Shown one piece after another: positions 62,891-64,000 of a stretch of DNA of 64,000 nt. The stretch is taken from the NCBI RefSeq assembly GCF_004010195.1, contig NC_057718.1, forward strand, positions 40,809,748-40,873,747. Direction: 5' to 3'. The position numbers and the translations under genes were made by a program. The stretch's first letter is position 1, and every line of letters starts with the position of its first letter. Source of the DNA: Chiloscyllium plagiosum. Lineage: Eukaryota. The notes under the pieces were generated by a model. The model worked only from the letters and a program-made list of their open reading frames with translations, was not told the origin of the DNA and did no database searches.

Positions 62891-64000
62891 ATATTTGCCT
62901 ATTTTCCTTCCATCCTATTTGGTTCCAATATCACATTTTTATAATTAGTTAGTTATAGCACAAATGAAATCAAACACAAAGTTTCCTCAATGCAATTTTG
63001 GTGTTGAACTTTTCTCAAAACAGGAAACCTTAAATAGGACAAGACGGGGTATACTTTGTCTACATTCGAATGTGTTTCTCGGTTAAAATTAACGCATTTA
63101 GTTTACAGAATGCTATCTTCTACTATGGAGCTGTGAATGAAGAAATTAAGAATAAATGTAATCTTCAGATAAAGTAGAATAGCAGGATATAGGAATAATT
63201 AACCAGACATGCCAAATAGGTAGTCTGGAGGCCTGAAGAAATAACCAAATGTAGGGTTACATTTAAGAGAATAGGAGAAAAAGTGAAAAACCTGATTGCA
63301 AGGACAATGCAGACAGTGATTTGATGGATTAGCACAAAACCTTCTGGGTTTATTCTTATTATAAAGGGCCATAAGAAATAAAATTGCCAGAAGTATTTTA
63401 TTACGTATGTAAACATTTATCATGAATCTCTTGTGACTTTGTTCATAGTTCGTTGGAGTACTTGTTATCATGTCCTAGTTGCTATAACATATTGAAGAAG
63501 GTTAAAGTTTACAGATTTTTAGCATTATGTCTTCTTATTAAAGTAATAGCACTATCAATAATGAATAGAATGATTTTAGCCATAAGAGCATTTTTTGTTA
63601 ACCTCAATGGACTAGATGTATAATATAACAACACATAATGCAAGAATTTTAATTTACCAAGCATCACAATTTTGATAATATCAACAGAAATGAAAGATTT
63701 TATTCATCTCTTCACACTCTAACTAGACTCACAACAAGATAGTTAATAAGTTAAAAACTAATTCAACGGTTCATTTTTTCTGCGGTATTTCTTCCTGAAA
63801 CAGAAAAATATCTGTTGAAATTCTGAAGTCTCCAAGAAACACCAGTTATAATTCTCCTGAAATAGTAACCTCCAACATAAGAATATTACAAAACTGTGCC
63901 AAAGCACAATAAACTTCATTTATAATTGCTTTTAAAACACAATGCAATTAAAGAAATCAAAGAAAAGTTCTCATGCACAGCAATTCAATGCTAGTAACAG

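Overview
Eukaryotic, AT-rich vertebrate genomic DNA, almost certainly a shark. It carries HE1-type V-SINEs and HER1/CR1 LINEs; a bamboo/carpet shark is my inference. The only host gene I can support is the 3' end of LYPLAL1 (lysophospholipase-like 1) on the minus strand: last two coding exons at 57330-57445 and 56016-56243, plus polyA signals. The remaining ~55 kb is gene-free sequence downstream of LYPLAL1, packed with decayed CR1, Rex1/Babar, RTE, Penelope-like, Gypsy and Harbinger elements and SINEs, with one 304-N assembly gap. The most striking unexplained signal is about 11 minimal hammerhead-ribozyme-like cores (CUGANGA-A-stem II-GAAA-NNUH). They have different but base-paired stem II sequences, and occur both in Penelope 3' ends and in tiny (100-200 bp) stand-alone or palindromic insertions with 9-16 bp target-site duplications. 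Other notable structures: an 86-bp perfect duplication around a 43-bp internal LINE fragment, a twin-priming-type inverted LINE, a Rex1-tailed element carrying an 18x24-bp minisatellite, and a strong CTCF motif. Repeat boundaries are approximate (read by eye); family names rest on recalled motifs, not database searches.
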